From contig CM119372.1 of the NCBI GenBank assembly GCA_051294905.1, forward strand, positions 15,688,001 to 15,752,000: 64,000 nucleotides of DNA, read 5' to 3'. The stretch's first letter is position 1; the number at the start of each line of letters is the position of its first letter. A program made the position numbers and the translations under genes. This document shows positions 25,769 to 38,993 of this stretch, one piece after another. The DNA is from Botryllus schlosseri (taxonomy: Eukaryota). Below the pieces are notes generated by a model. The model searched no databases. It was not told where the DNA came from and saw only the letters and a list, made by a program, of their open reading frames with translations.

Positions 25769-26540
25769 GTCGAAACCATTGTCTCTCTCGACCCCTCGAA
25801 GTATTTTCTGCTTCACATTTGGCGTACCGGGAAAAATAATTGCCCAACTCTGATCTTGCATCGTGTCGGAAATCAGCTGATAATAACAGCTATACGAAAT
25901 ACTTAGAAACGCCGCTAATATTTCTGACGAGTTACTTCATATATATGAATGTATTTCAGCGTCCTGTAGATCTTGCGGTTTTATGAAGAAAGTTTGTTTC
26001 TATCCCTTCGTGATAAACGACGACTACACTGAGCTTGATAGCACTCCGTCTGGCATTGTTTAGCCAGGTACGTGATGCGATTATGACGTCAGACATAGAT
26101 TAGCCACCTCAGTATTCCCCTTAGTACTGCTGAACTAGATCTGATTATTATAATTATGAGGACGCGATCGAATGCATTTGGAATGTATATTTATATAAAA
26201 AATGAATCATATACTAGGTAAACGTAGCGCTATCGCTAATAGCCTTGTGATCGCTTGTCTTAGTAAAAGCAAACGTGCAACCTCTAAGTATTTCCCGGTA
26301 CGGCGACAGGGATCTCCAAAGACGCTTGTACTGGCTTGAGGCTTTCCATCTCACCTTCCCGATACGACTGTGTGACTGTTCTGTTCTGTTCGGTGCACGG
26401 CAGTTCGTTGCCTTCGGCCCGGAGTAGCGACATCTGTTTACAAAATAGTCGGATAGATTGCAATGATGCCAAAGCTATAACACATGCATTCGAGCGTAAA
26501 CAGAGCAAATGTATACGAGAACACATGGTTTTGTATAATA

Positions 26541-27464
26541 CAGAGGTCTCAAACTCAAATGTGCTCGCGGGCCAGCTTTCCAGTCTTGACAACGCCGCGG
26601 GCCGCAACATTTATAGGGGTATTCTATGTCTTTACAAGTAGGCCTTATTTGGCGGGAATGAATTGTCCTATTGAAAGTGAGCCGATCCAGCAGACTGACA
26701 GTAAACACACATCGTCAAAATGTGATTTACCTATGTATAAATTTAGGCCTGGCACGAAAAGAATCATCACACTTATATCTATTTGAATAGAATTGATATA
26801 TATTAATTATAATATATAGACACCATGTGGGTGGACAAAAAAGCTACCGGGTTATCATTTTGCAGCTACTATGAATATTTTGAATTTAACAGATTGATAA
26901 TAGAGACTGATCTGATATCAAAACATATTTAGGTTGAGCATTGTAATTCCAATCCAGGATTCGGGTATACTTTTGATAAGTAAGCTATTAATCTCATGGC
27001 CAAATATCTTCAAATATAGGAGCAGAGAAAAATATAAATATAACATAAAGATATTAATGAGCGTGTCCTAGTGATTGAAATGTCGGAACACCGAACGGCC
27101 CATCGTTGTTACATCGCTGGAGCGTACCATTACGGTACTCGGCACCTTTAAGTGGCCTTAATAACCTGGTTTAGCGACCAAAAATGTATAACCAACAGAT
27201 TGCCAATGGCTGTCATAACTACTTGCTTAGTTAGCGAAATACCAAGCTGCGACCTTCTGATCTATTACTGTTCCCCTGATACGCGATTAGTTTGTTGCGT
27301 CCATGGTTCTAACAAATGCACGGCATTCCGCGTCACTCCGAGTCCACTCGAGTCATTTTCATTTTGCCATCGAGTTAGCCAGAGTCTGAGTAATTCTAAG
27401 AAAGGTCGCGTCCAAGTCCAATTCACAAATTTCAGTCACGAATCGTCTAACGGTCCGGTTTTGT
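26541..27464 (-). mobile_element. Inverted, truncated copy of the 8681-9869 MITE
   Basis: Reverse-complement colinear with 9869 to ~8935; cut at 27465, where a different terminus (cagtggcggctc) begins. Confidence 0.88.
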
Positions 27465-27879
27465 CAGTGGCGGCTCGTCCTATAGGGCAGCAGGGGCATT
27501 GCCCCACCTAGAATTCTGTTCAATAACAATTATTTCCCATTTATAGACGCACAGCAATCAATATATACCGAAATCACAGCGAAACCCGCAATATTCTTGT
27601 GCTTTCGCTTGTAAATGCCCATGTCTAGCGAAGTCTTTGCGAAAATCGAATTCTCTTCTGTGTTTCCCTTTGTGAATGCCTAGCCGGGGCTTGCCCCGGT
27701 AGCGCTCATAACAAGCTTTCACTGTCTGTTCTCTCAAAGCCGCGCACAATAAAGAAACGGTTATTTACTCTCTCCTATTCACTAAATTACCGATCAAGTG
27801 GGGCAACCTACCTGTTTGCCCTTAAGGTGTGATGTAACAATCGTATCTATATCTGAACTCGGTTACAGTAATATGCGTT

Positions 27880-28545
27880 GAGTCGACCTTTGCTGGTATA
27901 GGTCGATTTTGACGATATTTCGCTCCATGATAATTCTTGTAACTTGGTATGTTATATCGTGAAGGTTGTATTTAACACTGCTCCAAGTTTGAGGGTTGCT
28001 ACTTAAAGTGTACGGTAGTAATGCCGTTTCCAAAGTTGACTGTGTGCTGGCTGATCCGTCATGTATCGCAAACAGATTTTACTCAAAAGCGGGTATTGGT
28101 GTCCATTGATTTTGACGATGTTGCATACCGAGATCGGTCATGACATTTGGCATATTTGGTCTTAGTGTTAGTATCGATCGCCGTACCAAGTTTAAAGTTT
28201 ATCGCTGAACTATGTGGGTGGTAATTTTGTTTCCTAAGTCGAGTGAGAGCTGACTCGCCATTTATCACTAACAGATTTTACGCAATACCGGTATTGGTCT
28301 CTATCGATTTTAACGATGCTCCATACCTATATCCGTCTTGAGCTTTTGGACGGTATATCTTGATCTCAGTATCGAACGCTGTGCCAAGTCCCAAGGTTGA
28401 CACTCAATGATTAGGACAGTTATTTCATTATCGAGGTCGAGTGTGGTAGGCCTAACGCTGACTACCGCATTGCGGATTTCACGCAAAAGCCGGCGTTGGT
28501 CTGTGCTAATTTTAACTGTATTTTATACTGAGATAGGTGATGAGA
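27880..28545. repeat. Diverged ~200-bp tandem repeat, about 3.5 units
   Basis: c(a/g)gattt(t/c)ac..aa..gc.gg..ttggt....gatttt.ac recurs at ~28073, ~28272 and ~28473, with a partial copy near 27890. Confidence 0.7.
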
Positions 28546-29339
28546 TGATGATCTCATGAAACAGTTTACTAAGATTCTCGGCTTGCATTCAAATATTTAC
28601 TTTATTTTATATTCTCCAATGTCAGTTTCACCGTGAAATTGTGGCATTTAAGCCATTTGCTGACAACCCGATGTCAAGCGCGTTAGCTAATAGTTCGTTT
28701 TCGATGACGGCTAACAGCTGATCAATTGATCAGCCTATTCCTCAATTTATTTTACGCAAAATTCAGTGTTTTTAGGCATCACTCGGCCCTTATCAGCCTG
28801 GAAATTGTCCAATGTCCATTGATCTAATCGTACACGGGAGGAAAGCGCACTCTTACCTTTTCCCAGCGTATTGCGATAAAAAATGAAAGGCTGACGTATA
28901 AGCGAGGATAAGGACGCCTTGTTATACACTTTTACACTGCTGGTGCCAGGGGACAGTGTCTCTAGTTCGACCGAAATTGGGTATCGTGATCTGAACCATG
29001 TGGTCTACTGCAAACGGTGTCTCGATGTTACCCGACAGTCGACATTGCTCGGCTCGAGTTGACTTGTTTATATTCTAATACAGGGCCGGCCAACCCGTGG
29101 CCCGCGGGCCACATGTGGCCCGCGAGAAGGTTTTGAGTGGCCCGCGATATAATTTCCGAAATTAGTAATATTATCAAAATGGATTGCACAGATTGTGAAC
29201 TTGCAAGGCCAACCAATAATTTGATTAGTCTGACCGCAACACTTGAGATGTGACGACTGAAATATCAGTTCCAACGCATTGGCAAATCCATGAGCCTGAG
29301 TAGTATAGTAGATCGGTCGCGAATCGCCATTGGTTCTTA

Positions 29340-29651
29340 TGGGCCCGCTGGTGACTCGTATTGAAAACTCGTGTTGGTGACTCGTACTTTCAGACCCCCC
29401 CTCTCGCTCGTGATTCGTAATGGGTTCTTATGGACGCGGCGGTGACTCTTACTTTCGGGTATAGGCTGCGGCGATGACTCGTATTGAAAACTCGTGTTGG
29501 TGACTCGTACTTTCAGGTATAGGCTGCGGCGATGACTCGTATTGAAAACTCGTGTTGGTGACTCGTACTTTCAGGTATAGGCTGCGGCGATGACTCGTAT
29601 TGAAAACTCGTGTTGGTGACTCGTACTTTCAGGTATGTGCTGCGGCGATGA
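29340..29651. repeat. 58-bp minisatellite
   Basis: gatgactcgtattgaaaactcgtgttggtgactcgtactttcaggtataggctgcggc at 29473, 29531 and 29589; degenerate relatives at 29340-29470, 29690-29800 and 31460-31560. Confidence 0.92.
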
Positions 29652-29828
29652 CCTGCCATGGATTGTTTGGTAGTGAACTAACGTTGTGGATATAGGCCGC
29701 GGCGATGATGTGCCTGTCATGTATTCTTACGCGGTCTCTAGTGATTCTCTATGTGTTCTTATGGGTGCGGTCGTGAATCGCCCTTTCGGGTATAGGTATC
29801 TCTCGATCGGTGTTGAATATGTATCAAG

Positions 29829-31338
29829 CAGAGTTGAATCAATTACATTATTTCAGTTCAATTACAATTACAATTATAATTACTTTCATGCATGTTTCAA
29901 TTACATTACAATTACAATTACTCCTTGCATGCTTCAATTACATTACAATTACAATTACAATTGCTGCTGTTGAACATGTAATTGATTAATCATAAATTCA
30001 ACCGTGCTCCTTGACAACCGTAGCGTCGTATTTAACAACAATTCAAGTCTAGTTCAGATTGTGTAGTAATAAATGCGTTTATGTGCGTACATAGTATGCT
30101 ATGTAAGATGTCATTGTGACGTAATATAAGCGTGTTTTGTATGCTCGGTAATTATGGCTTACGTAATTGGAAATGTAAAATGTTATTTACCTAATTTCCT
30201 ATGGGTTAGGATTAAGGATAGGGTGCAGTATGTCGTTGAAAAAGTATTATATTATATGCACGTGTTGGATTTGCGTATATAGTATATAATTAAAGAAATA
30301 ATATTATTTTTATCGAGGGACGTAGGAATTAGGATGAGGAGTAAAAACAAAACCGTGCTTTGTCAGATAAGACGTTATATAATATCCAGTGGTCTGGTTA
30401 GTTAGCCAGACGAAGTAACGATGCAGCATCGTGATCTGAAATCGTATTGTAGATTGCCAACCCACGGATAGATGCGCAAGATGTGAGTCACGGATGAATG
30501 CACCGACAAACGTACTGCAGAGCCGGCTAAAAGCAGCAAACTTTGTAGTCCTAGAGCTGGCGATCCATGCGTCCAAATTTGATGCATCTGGTCTTTATCG
30601 TAAGCTATTGATGTACTAATTCCGAAAATACAAAATAAAATCTCGTCAGGTAAATGTAACTGGTCCAAAATAGCCGTTTAAGGCCGACTGTTCTGAAAAG
30701 TGAGAGCGCTGCAGCAGCATGACCACAACAATTGCCCATTACGCCCAGCGATTGTTCAGAACAATGCCGATTCCCAGACTTTCCCGACTATTTTGGGATG
30801 GTACCATTGCCTGGAATTATACTTTTATTGCGGAATCAGTGCGACACTAGCTTTCGATTAGGACCATACATATCAAATTTCGACACTTGGGTCGCCAGGT
30901 ATGGGACTATCAATTCTGCTGCTTTTAGCTGGCTCAGCAGTTCGCTTCTCGGCGTATTCAATCGTGAGTCACGTGTTGCGAATCCATCCGTTGGTTAGTA
31001 ATCTAAAAATTGTATACAATGGCAGCCGAGGCCAGCATAGCGGTTAAAATAAAAAAAACTTCGCCCGCAAGGGCGCAGTCAAGGGCTTCCGCGAACGGAT
31101 CCGCCAAATTCCTTGTCGACATTTCAAGAGAATGCATTATAAGTCAATTATTTTATGTTGTGCTTGTCAGGTCTCAATAGCAATTTAATGTAATTGAAAT
31201 TGTAATTGAGCAAAATTTTTGTCAAATTACAATTACAATTACAATTACACAAAATAAAAATGCTTCAATTACAATTACATTGAAAAATGTAATTTCTTAT
31301 TATCAATTACAATTACAATTACAATTGATCCAACTCTG
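29829..31338. mobile_element. hAT (Ac-type) MITE with (CAATTA)n subterminal arrays
   Basis: TIRs cagagttgaatcaatt / aattgatccaactctg; perfect TSD GTATCAAG at 29821-29828 and 31339-31346. Confidence 0.93.
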
Positions 31339-34300
31339 GTATCAAGTAAATAGTCACGTGATTGATCCTTACTTAATGAGTATATCCCAAATTATTATGT
31401 ATGACCGATTCGAGTTATTCCCAACGTTTACGGTGATTACGACATCAATATATCGTTATTCTTATGGCGGGGGTGGCATGCGGCTATTGTGTCTTATGGA
31501 TGCGGCGGTGATTCGTACTTTCGGGTATAGGCTGCGAGCGGCATGTCGTACTTTCAGAAAAAAGGATGTGAAATAGTTTGTTAAATCTAGGAAACACTTG
31601 CTTGGTAATATTTTGGTAATTAGTTTGCCGCAGAGCCGACGTAGACGGCGATTCAAATACCAACAATAGCCGCGTTCACATTCTAACACTTCAAAAAGGT
31701 GTGAAATATTTGTAAAATCCTACGATCGCCCACAAGATAACACCTCAGACATAGTCATCTTTCACGACTTGGTGTCATGGCCATACCGATCGCTCACGCG
31801 GTGAAATTTTAGTAATCAGTTTGTCACAGAACTTGATTTCGCTGGTAAGATTTAATAAGTAACGAATAACAGACCGTCATTGTCGGTAACTTGAATAGCG
31901 ACAAATTGCCACTTATTTCCGTCCTAACCCTAATCCTTTGTATGGTTACCGCAAACTCAAATAGGCGTGAAATAATTGTAAAATCATACGATCACTGACT
32001 AGGGTAACGAATAACAGAACCACAACGGCGGCGACTTGAATACTATCAAATTGTCAATTGTTGGTATAACTCGAATCTTTGAGTATAATCCTTTTAAAAC
32101 TGAATATTACTTGACTTGACCAACTTTCAACTCCGTTTCCGGATCATTCACACCTTCCACGCCGCTGTTTTAACACTTATAGAATCAATACCAACTATCT
32201 CTAACCCGATAATATTCAATCATTTTGGTAATTTGTCAACTTTAAATCCGTTCGTCAGATGTACTACAGGTAAACTGAGATAATCAAAAATGAAATATTT
32301 TGACTTGGTGTAGTGTGAATTGAAATAGGATTGACAAACATGACTACCATCTTTCCAAGTACCATTTCGATATTATACGCACATTGAGTTGAAACAAGTA
32401 ATGAAACATTACAACTCTATTCGCGATCAGGCTTTCCGTTTGTCAAAGAGATATTTTAACATCTTACCATACTCGAAAGAATTATTCACAACAAACACCA
32501 GTGTTAAAAATATAGTTTTCACTTATTCGATTATATCAGTACAACTAGCAAACTTGAATTAATTCATCTGGTTGTATTGATATGACCGATAATTTTTATC
32601 CAACTGTAAAGGTGGTTATACTACTCTGTTATACTAATCGGTACATATGCGACTTGACGATAAACCTATTATATTTTGAGTATACGAGATTTGAATGCCA
32701 GAACAATAACTGAGAATTAAATTATCACAATTGAATCCGTATATGACAGCGTAAAAGATATTGGAATATCAGCAACTCTTTATGGTAATAGTTACAAACA
32801 CATTAACTAATCTACCCAGGAAACAAGTCATGATCATTCCTGAAATCAACACGCACGCGGCAACTGACTTGCATCGAGTTTTAAATCCGCTTGCAGCTGA
32901 CGGATTATTCGAATGCATCGATGGAGAATATTATTGAACTCGTCGGTATTGTTACTTCAACAAATTTTCGCTTACACCGACTGCGAAAGTTAATATCGAA
33001 TGGTAAGACTTGATCACATATTTGTTGATCACAGACATGACAAAAAACATTACCGAGATTCTATAAACTAGTCATATTACTCTACACATCTATCAATATC
33101 AAAATGCGAGTCATCCAATTTTTCTACTAAAGTAACATTTCACTTTCGGAATCGGACTCGGTATAGTCATACAAATTGTATTAAATCCAACATCAAAACA
33201 AAAGGACTTTTTAGTTCATTGAAATCAAATCATTCGTCCTCGACTTGTGCTTTTTTAGATTGCACGCGACAATTCGTTTCGAATGAGCTGTAACCAAAGT
33301 TAAGAAATCTTTGTGTCCACAGATATGGAAGATGAATATAGCTAATACAATCACGAATCGACGTTTCAGAGTATTTCACGGATGTAATAAACTTGTTAGT
33401 GTCACCTATCTAAAAGTATGCATGCGTTCGATTCCCATACCGACTGTTGCGATGTTTAGGATTCGCTTACAATGACCAAGAGTGAGGATTTAACATCAAT
33501 GTCGTTACTGGCGGTATTCACAACAGTGAATCGAAACATTACACAGTGTGAAAATATATCTTTGATATCAAAGCACTATCCCAAGTACACGATTAATACT
33601 CAACTCCGTTCGCACTTTCTATAGAACGTGCTAAATGCAAAATTTCACGAGGTTGCACTCTAAGACTTTGATCATTACAAAAGTAAATTGGAATATGTTT
33701 GCTAGATGCATTCAATTTAGTTAGAAATGTCTGGTGCACAACAATCGTAATATCAAGGAAGTACTTGCTACACTGTAATTCACTTAACGTGTTTTGCATT
33801 GTTGTTCATTTGTAGTATTGTTTTTGAACCCTCAAATAATAATTCCCGACATGAAACTAAGCCGCTGAAAGTCGTTACCATCACAAAGAAACAATTTGCA
33901 CGATGTTTGCCAAATGTGTCCTATAGTTAGGCGTACTGGAATTATTTGTAAAACACACACACGATCAGAGAAATTGAAAATTTTCCCGTTGCTCGCTAAA
34001 GTAAATACCACCACAATACTTCGTCGCTAAAATACCTTACTTGTATGTGATTGAATCCCTAGCAATTATCTCACTATTCCAAAGAAATTTTACTCACTCG
34101 ACGGATATGAAACAGCCTCGCTTAATCGGTTTAAATCGTTTTTCTAAATGCAAATCATATCCATCCAACAGAAAATAATTTTCACTTGCTTGGTAATGAA
34201 ACCGAGGTGTGGGTCTTCATTCATTTTTTTTGTGTGTCAAATACTTTGCAATAAAAACACTGGAGTGATTGAGCTTTACATCGTCAGGCTGCCATCTGTA

Positions 34301-35479
34301 AATCGAGGTTACATCATTCTTGTAACTGTATCGTTTACCTAACCGAGTTGTATGAACAGTTGGATATTTTTACCATTTAGTGATTGTTGAACATACTTCG
34401 AAATACTCAGTTGATCTTAATTCCCTTTGTCGTGATAATCGAAGTACATTGGTTTCGAATTCGTGACAACCGACTATGACATGACGAATTTTTGAAAAGT
34501 TTACTTAGAAGGTTTGTTGCATATCGCGAAAAATAATATACCACTCATATTGATACTGATTCTCACCGAACTCGATTGTGATCAATGTATGCTTTATGTG
34601 TTCTGGATTCATTTCGGTATGGTTAAACATTCAACCTCGATATATACGAATTGGCACCCACTCAACTAATGTCATACCAAGTAGTTATTTACAACAACCA
34701 AGACTCAGGAAATTTGTTTTGTCCGTTTCGATTTTTTTTTTACTAGAGGTACTCATCACTTCGCTTAATGCGATCTAGATTTAAACTCCGTCTATAGTTT
34801 TACTCGATAAGTATTATGTTAGTGTAAAAAATTTTCACTCTCTTGGATTATGGACTCAATGTGTTAGCAGATATTCAATGATCTCGCATCAGGCCATGCT
34901 AACATTGCTAGAATAACTGAGGATGACATTAGGGTTATTCATAGTCAAATATCTATTTATGCGCAATAAAAATGTAAGAGAAATATTAAGGGAGTGAATG
35001 CAGTATTTGGGCGTTTTTAGGGTTGTAAGTATCTTCTAAAGTAGAGTCAATTTGGCAAAATAAATGTGATGGTCGTAATTAGCAACATTTAAACCCCAAG
35101 AAACTACTCGTAGATGTTCTGTCTAATTATGTTTTTCATTTTGTTGACCAGCGTTTTGCCATTGTTGAGTAAATACGTTCGAAAATATGTAGGATGTGAG
35201 CCTGCTGACAATTTGCACCCAATATAGTATACGATATAAAATAGTTCAATGATGATTTTCATGTTTTTAGGGCAGGAGTCGAAAGCCTTGTTCACCTATG
35301 GAGTCGTTTTTGGCCAATCCTTTCACTAATTAAAACTTGTGACCCCAGGGATGAAATATAATATAAAAAAGCATGTTTTAAAAATATGCCATGTTTTAGA
35401 CTTGTTTGTTTTAAATTGATTTCTGTTTTAAATACAACCAAAGAGACGATGCAATTCAAAAACACATTCTCTGGTATTG

Positions 35480-35680
35480 CAGATATCGATTGTTACATTG
35501 GCTTCGAATATATGCTCATTGTTCATAGAATCAAAATATTGTAATCGTTGTTACTCTTCCGTGTAATCGTAATCGTAATCGACTACCTCGTGGTTTTGCT
35601 GTAATCGCAATCGCGAATGCGTGTTTCCCAAGCAACTGTACTCGAAATCAATAATATTGATAGAGTAATATCCATGTCTT
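35480..35680 (+). mobile_element. Right-end remnant of the (GTAATC)n hAT family
   Basis: Similar to 62240-62442 (gtaatcgtaatcgtaatcgactac...ttttgctgtaatcg...ccatgtct). Confidence 0.7.
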
Positions 35681-36032
35681 ATACCTACCCCAGAAATACC
35701 GTCCAAGCCATTGCCATGTTTTTGCGGTGTGCAATGGGTTGAATAAGATTGCGAGTATCATGTAGTAGTGTGTTCTACGCCATTAACACCAATAGGTGAC
35801 CAGATCGGACCCGACTGTGGTAGACCCATGACTCACCTCTTAAATGTTCGAAGTTAATGTCTTCATCGTCCCTCGATCCACCAAAAAGTCGGTATAAATG
35901 CAAAATTCGTGATGGCTCAGCAGGTAAGCCTGATGTCTGATGATGTGTTACTGCTGTTCATGGTATTCATGCTGTTTGAGCTATATTGGTTATAATATTT
36001 GTTCCGAATATGCCGACTTATAGCATGGTCAG

Positions 36033-36687
36033 TAGGGCTCTTCAAAAACGACTTTTTCTCAAATCGCACTGGCTACTTGATAAAATTGTAAGGTTATCTA
36101 ATTTAAGCCTACACACCAAATTTGGTTCAATTCCAACGAGTAGCCGCATTGCTACAGGAGAAGAAAGTTTCTATTTATTATATAAAGAATAAATAACAAA
36201 AAATTTTCTGTTCACCCCATGAAAGTGTTAGGTTGTCTATGGAAACGGTGTTCGCCAAATTTGGTTGGATTCCAATCAGCGCAAGCGCAAATATTGCCGT
36301 CGAAAATTGGGATTCGAATAAAATAGTATTTACGTTGGGCACCACTATAATAATTAATTGAAGAATTTGTCACCGTAAATACTATTTTATTCATAGTCCA
36401 AATTTTTCGTTGGCGATAACTCCGCTTCCACTGGTTGGAATTGAACCAAATTGGGTGAACTTCGTTTCTATAGACAACCTAACACTTTCATGGGGTGAAC
36501 AGCAAATTTTCAAAAATTTTTGTTATTTGTTTTTATATAATGAATAAAAACTTTCTTCTCTTATAGCAATGCGGCTACTGGTTGGAATTGAGCCAAATTT
36601 GGTGAGTAGGTTTAAATTGGGTAACCTAACAATTTTATCAAGTAGCCAGTGCGATTTGAGAAAAATTGTCATTTTTGAAGAGCCCTA
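36033..36687. mobile_element. Foldback-like MITE with ~250-bp inverted arms and an 8-bp TSD
   Basis: 36033-~36275 is the reverse complement of ~36430-36687; perfect TSD ATGGTCAG at 36025-36032 and 36688-36695. Confidence 0.93.
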
Positions 36688-36714
36688 ATGGTCAGTTGGC
36701 GACGAGGAGCCTAG

Positions 36715-38993
36715 CAGTGTTGGGATCAAGTCACTGCCCTCGAGTCACGAGTCATTTCGAGTCATTTCACATTTTGAATCGAGTCAATTCAAGTCAATCC
36801 ATTTTCGAAGGTGACTCGAGTAAAGTAAAGTCATTCGATTTTTGCAGATGACTCGAGTCAAGTCGAGTCAAGTCAAGTCAAGTCAATAGTCAAGTCACAA
36901 TTCAAGTCAAGTTGCATTTTCGAAGTATGCGGCATGATTACGTCATTGTACTTTGCTGGGTGTCTGCAATACAGATTGAGTGGTCATTGATTCTGAACCG
37001 ATGAACGAATATAGAGTTAAATATACCCACAAGACGGCGCTGTATCGCTCACATATACGTAGAACTGCTAACTGCGTAAGTTATTGCATAGTCTCATTTT
37101 ATAGTTACCAGCCAAATAGAGAAACGAATTGATAAGATGCAATACATTACCCATTTACATATTGATAGGATTCAATTCGAGTCCGCGCCAATGGTTGAAG
37201 AGTATATTAACTATATTTGAATTCAATTTCAATAAGACAAGAGCTTTGGCTATGGTAAGAGCAAAGAACAGAAATGGGAATTTTGCTATTAAATTACTTT
37301 ACTACTAGTTTACGACAACGTAAACCATGGGTCGGCAACCTACGGCCCGCGGGCCGGATCCGGCCCACCAAGCCAAATCGTCCGGCTCGCGGTATAATAA
37401 TTAATTATCACAAGAATACGGCCCGCCGTTTCATAATGGGTTTCAATCTGTGCAGCATTGCTTGGAAAGAATGGGGCATTGCAACGATAGAAGTAGCCGA
37501 CGTCGTATTAGTCTATTATGTTACGCCATAAAACGAAGGAGGTTGACTAAAAGTAGGAGATGGAGATTGTCGGTAGAGTAAACTAGATCAGTGCTTTGGA
37601 CACAATGGTGAAAGCTGGTATTATGATTTTGTCTCACAAACTGAATCACCGACTGCCACGCCAGATATTGCTGGAAGCAGAGAATCAATGTGGCGATGTC
37701 CTGTATATCGGCCATGTTCGGGCAATAAGTCGAGCAGCTATGCTTGCACGAGTGTATGAACGGAGAAATGAAATAGCAACTTTCCTTGAAAATACAAACA
37801 TCATCGACTCGTAATCTTGTAATCGAAAATGGGGATTTAATCTTGCTTTCATAGAACGAATTTAATTTGCAACTTTGGGGTGAAAAAAACTGAATACATG
37901 AGATGTTGAGGCGCATTCGAAACAAATGCGCGACTCTGGGAATGTCAAGAGTACAAAGAAAATTGTGCTCACTTTCCTTTACTGGAGGAGAGCAAACACT
38001 ACATTTACAACTGTGATAAGAAATTTAATTACTGAATTTCCACCCGTTTTCCGACATTCCTTCTCTACAAAATAAATTATGAGTATTCAGTACTCCGTTT
38101 AATGTGGACGCCAATGCTATTGGCTCAAAATATCAATTGGTCGGTTTCGCAGTTGAATTGAACGACAAATTTCATACAAAGAGCATATCACTGCATGACT
38201 TTGACAAAGAGTAAGTTGTTGTAATTGGTCGATATCCCAGCTTGGCCAACAATTGAAAAGAAAGGGCATCGATTTTTGGTAGCACGTACGCATGTGAACA
38301 TTATTTTTGAACAAACGAAATTCATGAAGAGCAAGCTAAGATCACGTATTTCCGACGCCCATTTAGAATATGGTCTGATTCTTGCTTCATCTGACTTGTT
38401 ACAAGAAGTTGAAAACCATTCACGAAGCAAGCTGGGTATAATGTCACATTTATCTTGCGTTGTTGAAGTGTAAATACATGTGTTTTCTGATTGGTATGAT
38501 TGAGATTGCAGCAATAGTGGGATAATATAACGAAGTGATCGTGAAATATAGTATAAAGAGAAATTACGGCCCGCCTAAAAGTTGTGCACTCGAAACTTGG
38601 CCCGTGACTAGCAAAATGTTGCCAAATCCTGACGTAAACTATAAGCTTCGATCACTTCGTTTGTGGTGAATTTATTTGTGAGAGAACGATGGAGGCTCTG
38701 TGAAACACACGATCATTAAATGATTGGTCACTCTCACGGGTTACATCAGCGTTTCGCGAACAATCCGAACATATGGAAGATACAGTGATTTTTTATCGAC
38801 ACCGATCACTTAATGACTTGAAATTGACTCGTGAATTTTGCTCCGAGTCACGAGTCAATCCACATTTCCGATACGCCGAGTCAAGTCAAGTCAAGTCATT
38901 TTAGCAAATTGATTCTAGTCACGTAAAGTCATACGAAAAAGCTGACTCGAGTCGGACTCGAGTCAAGTCATGACTCGAGTCATCCCGACACTG
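36715..38993 (+). mobile_element. hAT MITE, GACTCGAGTC/CAAGT-repeat family
   Basis: TIRs cagtgttgggat / atcccgacactg; perfect TSD GAGCCTAG at 36707-36714 and 38994-39001. Confidence 0.92.
37326..38631 (+). mobile_element. Internally deleted Charlie/SPIN-like hAT with degenerate transposase, nested in 36715-38993
   Basis: Ends catgggtcggcaac / gttgccaaatcctg; perfect TSD ACGTAAAC. Peptide remnants CGDVLY..HVR..SRAAMLARVYERRNEIATFLE and KFMKSKLRSRISDAHLE (C-terminal hAT dimerisation-type region). Confidence 0.9.

Noticed and set aside
29340..29651. CRISPR-like array
   Set aside because: Units are head-to-tail and near-identical with no unique spacers, there are no cas genes, and the context is eukaryotic.
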